Program-made: the position numbers and the translations under genes
Notes under the pieces: generated by a model
Databases searched by the model: none
Told to the model about the DNA's origin: nothing
Seen by the model: the letters and a program-made list of their open reading frames with translations, nothing else
In this document: positions 60,459-64,000 of the stretch, piece by piece
How positions within the stretch are numbered: the stretch's first letter is position 1
Layout: each line of letters starts with the position of its first letter
Assembly (NCBI GenBank): GCA_905178155.1
Contig: CAJINV010000004.1
Coordinates: 6,178,828 to 6,242,827, forward strand
Direction of reading: 5' to 3'
DNA length: 64,000 nt
From: Amoebophrya sp. A120
Taxonomy: Eukaryota; Protista; Dinoflagellata

Positions 60459-63400
60459 TCACTTCTTTTCTTTTTTCCCCGCCGTCTTGCGTTCCTTGTG
60501 TTTCTTCGGGGGGATGTGGGGCGTGAAGCCGGACTGCAGCTGCACTTGCTCGACTGGGCCATCCAGATCCATGCCCTTCCAGGTGCTCAGGTCGATGGAC
60601 ATCCGCTTCTTCTTCTCCGTGGGCGCCTTCGCTTGCACAAATGCGCTCCACATGTCCGCGTGCTCGGCCTCCCCGCTGATGTGATACAGTTGCCGGACCA
60701 GCTCCAGATCCGCCCCATCCAGTTCCAGCTCCGCAATGTCACTCTCGGAAAGCTGCACCCGCGGTGCCTGCATCTTCTATCCGACGGAAAAACTTCCTCG
60801 TCTCTCTTGTTCCCCACATCGCCAACACATATTAGTCACGGCATCTTCATCATCTTTGAGCTGATTGAACTCAAACAACATTTACATGGAGGTTGTGCAC
60901 ATGCTACATCGCGACTATCGTACACACCTCTAGCGTGTATTTGCATCGTAGCATCAGCAGGGTATCGTACGTTGCATGTCGTATGTTCAAACAAACAGAA
61001 TCAGAATCCAAAACGTCTTCATGACCATATCTCCGCTTGTTGCACAAACCGAACTGAGAGGAGGACAAGCGACACGCCAGAATCAGGTCGCTCTTCGTCC
61101 TTGCCTCCTCAAGCACACAGATTCATGACTATGTTCCCTGCATGATGATTCTATCTACTTAAAATCAATCTTAATTGCCCCTTCGAAGGAAGATGCTCTA
61201 GTTACACGGTGGGGAACCGAAGAGCCGGTGGCTTTCTAGCGGTGCGGTGGATAAGTTACGCGTCTTGGTCAGCGAGGACTGCTGAAACTCTTTCGAAGCG
61301 TTCCGGCGCAGGCGCGTGGCAATCTTTGCGGCCGCAGCGGCGGAGAAGCCCTTCGCCTGCAGGGCGCTCTCGGTCTCGCCGAACGAGACCATCTGCGGAG
61401 TGGTGGCGGTCAGGTGGGCGTCCACGTGGTCGTTCCCGTACTTGTCGCGCGCCAGGTTCTGGAGAAATTCCCGCATCCGGCCCACGCGCTCGGGGTCCCC
61501 AGCGAAGTCGAACCCAAACACCGACATGGCATACACGTCCGCCTCCGCCTCCGCCGGCGTCAGGTCGTCTTCGTCGTCGACGAGGGGGGAGCTCACCTGC
61601 TCCGCCAGCGTCTTAGCGTAGGCGGGGGTCAGACCCGCGGACAGAAAGGCCTTCTCCGCGTCGCCGAAGTCCATCAGAAACACGGCTTCCAGGTTCGGGT
61701 CCTCCGCCGGCTTCGACGCCTCCGATTCCTCGCCGGCCACCGCGGCCGCGGCGCCGCAGCAGCAGCACGCCAAAACCACGCCCAACGCGATCAATGCCAG
61801 CAGGGCCCCGAGGCCGCCAATCAGCGGGGCCGCCAGACCGCCGTCCGCGTCCTCCGTCGCTGCAGCGGAGGATGATCCATTGGTGCCGTTCGGCGGCGAC
61901 CCAGTGGAGTTCGTGCCGTGCTGCTCTCCGGAATTGTCGCTGTCGGGTTCCTTCAATTCCTTGCAGACCGTGAACGCGGAGTGCACCGCCGCACCCTTTT
62001 CCCAATCTCCTGGGTAGATGTTTTTTCGTCCGACCGCCGTGCGCATCCAGCAACCGTCCCACCAGATTTCCACGTCCTGAAACTGGCCCGAGTCATGTTT
62101 TGGTCCATGCCCCGCGGTCATGGCCTTGCACCAGGGCGTGATGCGGCACCACGCCATGCAGAGGAAGTAGCCCTTCCCCGGGCCTTTCTGCAGATATTCC
62201 CAATTCGCGCCGGGGGTCGGCACGTTCGCGAACTGGTTGTCGCCGTTCGCGTCGGTGGTCATTTCCACCTTTACCATTCCCTCTTGGAATACTCCCTCTT
62301 CGTTTTGGCAGCTCGGGTTTTTCGCGTCCTCTGGGTTTGTAGAATTGCTGCAGATGACCATGTTACCGTCTGCGGCAGCGTAGTAATTTCCCTGGTGTAC
62401 CTCGGGCGCCCCTTTCATAGCACCTCCGATCGGGCTTGCTCCGCCATGGTTAGCGGGCCAGTCCAGAAAAAACCCGAAGTCCTCCTCCTGGCATGTTGTA
62501 AAATCAAGGCTCTTGATCCCATCTGCCTCCCTCGGACACGGTGCGCCTGACTCGATCGGAACCGCTGCGTCGAACCCGAACTGTTCAGGGCTGTTACCAA
62601 AATCCACTACATGCAGTTGCAGCAGCCCGGAAAAGAGGCGGCAAGCGTTTCCGGCTGGCCGGTCGTATCCAGCGTTGTAGTAATTCGGGTTTGCGAACCC
62701 GGATTGAAGGTGTTTCTCGTCGTAGTTTTCGCCACGCCCGAAGAAAGTCCAGCCAGTGCAAACGACGTCTACGCTTGACGGCGCTTGACCTGTTTTTCCA
62801 GAAAACTTGGGCCAGGCGGCGCACACGGCCGCGCACTGCTCTGCGTCGCTCAAGGTGGGACTACCATCTTCTGGTGTCGCAGCTCCGACGAGATGGTGAG
62901 ACTGCCCATGCTCCCACGAGTTGTCTGCATTCCACACGTTAAAGTCAAGGATGATATCTCCTACGAGGGCGAGATTTCTGCCAGGATGTTGATCCTTGCT
63001 GCGCTTGCAGGCTGCTGTCGCGCTCGTACCAGTAAAGTCAGATACTTGAACGTCGTTGCTATTACCGTGCAAACCTAGCATAGTTGCGTAGCCCGCGGCG
63101 GTAAAGTTGAAGTTCGTCAAATCTGGGAACTGGTTCGTCGTCGATTTTTTCTGCTGTTGCCGTCCTTTTTCTTTTTCCAAACTAGCCGTTGCCTCTGCGG
63201 TTTCTTGCAGTAATGCGGAGGTCTCCGGACCAGCAGCACTACCCCACCCTTCACTGGTAGAATCTTCAATACGCGCCTGTCGATGAAGTTCTCCCCCAAC
63301 TACACGATCCGGTCGTGTACTCGCAAGAAGCTGAGCTTCACCAGCTTCCACGGCGGTCTTGACGACATCGCGAGCATCGCTCCGACCCGAATTATCTTCC

Positions 63401-63714
63401 TCGCCATTATTCCTCTTGTTACCAGTAGAAGCAGCCTTCCGTGCAAGTTTGTTTCTGTTGCCGCCCTTCATCGGGTGGTGCGTTGTCTGCGGGTGTTGCA
63501 CATCTGCCGGTCTGCGCACAACCGTGAATGCCGTCGTGTGGTGCAGCAACACAGGCGCGAAGATGGCGACAAAGGAGGAGCCGGAGAGTTGTAAGACCGG
63601 CGCCGAAAGACGAGAGGAAAACGCCGCAGGTTTTTTGTGTAGCGCTACGTTCGAGTTGCGGTTATCTTCCTGCGACATTTTTCTGCCACTTCTACCACCT
63701 GCTCCGCGCATCAT
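60459..63714 (-). CDS. Cys-rich type-I membrane protein, paralog 2 (~924 aa)
   Basis: Shares QCAAVCAAWPKFS, DFGxFLDWP, GYFLCMAWCRITPWCKAM, AAVHSA, GGLAAPL-TM and FGDAExAFLSAGL with paralog 1; last exon 60459-60773 matches the paralog-1 tail. Confidence 0.85.
60778..61253. mobile_element. Tentative highly decayed introner-derived intron (476 bp)
   Basis: TATCC...GGATA ends; removal +5 nt gives in-frame TRNMQAP; no in-phase GT donor found by eye. Confidence 0.45.
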
Positions 63715-64000
63715 GGTTTGATTGAAGAGGAGAGTTGTTGTTTAGTTTTGTTGTTGTTCGGTCCGGTGGATGAAAAATATTTAAGTGAGAGCGACACTAG
63801 TACTTCTCAAAAACACGACGAAGGCCAAAGGCCATCCTTGTATTCGAAAGTATCCTCGTATTTGTATGGAAAAGGGGGACAAGGCAAAACTTGAACTTCT
63901 GTGGGGCAGAATAATGATTTCGGTCTTTCAGGGTTTTATTGCCCTATGATCCCAAAACCACTTCGCCTGTATTTCTTTTGAAAATCGAAATTCGTAAAGC

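Noticed and set aside
1-64000. tRNA, rRNA, snRNA genes or an autonomous transposase
   Set aside because: None recognisable by eye; a covariance-model or HMM search would be needed to exclude them

Overview
Eukaryotic genomic DNA, most consistent with a parasitic syndinian dinoflagellate (Amoebophrya-like). This assignment is inferred from architecture, not from a database hit. All ~11 reconstructed genes lie on the minus strand. Recognisable products are an SLC35A-type nucleotide-sugar transporter, a CobW/ZNG1 GTPase, an exostosin (GT47) glycosyltransferase, an Mpv17/PMP22 protein, a C69 peptidase and two paralogous Cys-rich type-I membrane proteins; there are also large orphans and a 5'-truncated RTE-like LINE. 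Coding exons are interrupted by 36 (+1 tentative) non-canonical introns of 149-320 bp. These are MITE-like introners with TAT...ATA terminal inverted repeats (TIRs), 5-bp target-site duplications (TSDs), at least 8 families and both orientations; removing the element plus 5 nt restores the frame each time. Diverged TSDs suggest a fixed splice register (intron starts N-TAT, +2 T invariant, no AG needed), and all eight families share an internal GCAWNACA motif. The most novel-looking signal is in the transporter gene: two mutually exclusive exons surrounded by five complementary intronic elements that can form two alternative nested RNA structures, each looping out one exon. A tandem array of 15-nt spliced-leader-like relics is also present. 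All coordinates were read by eye.
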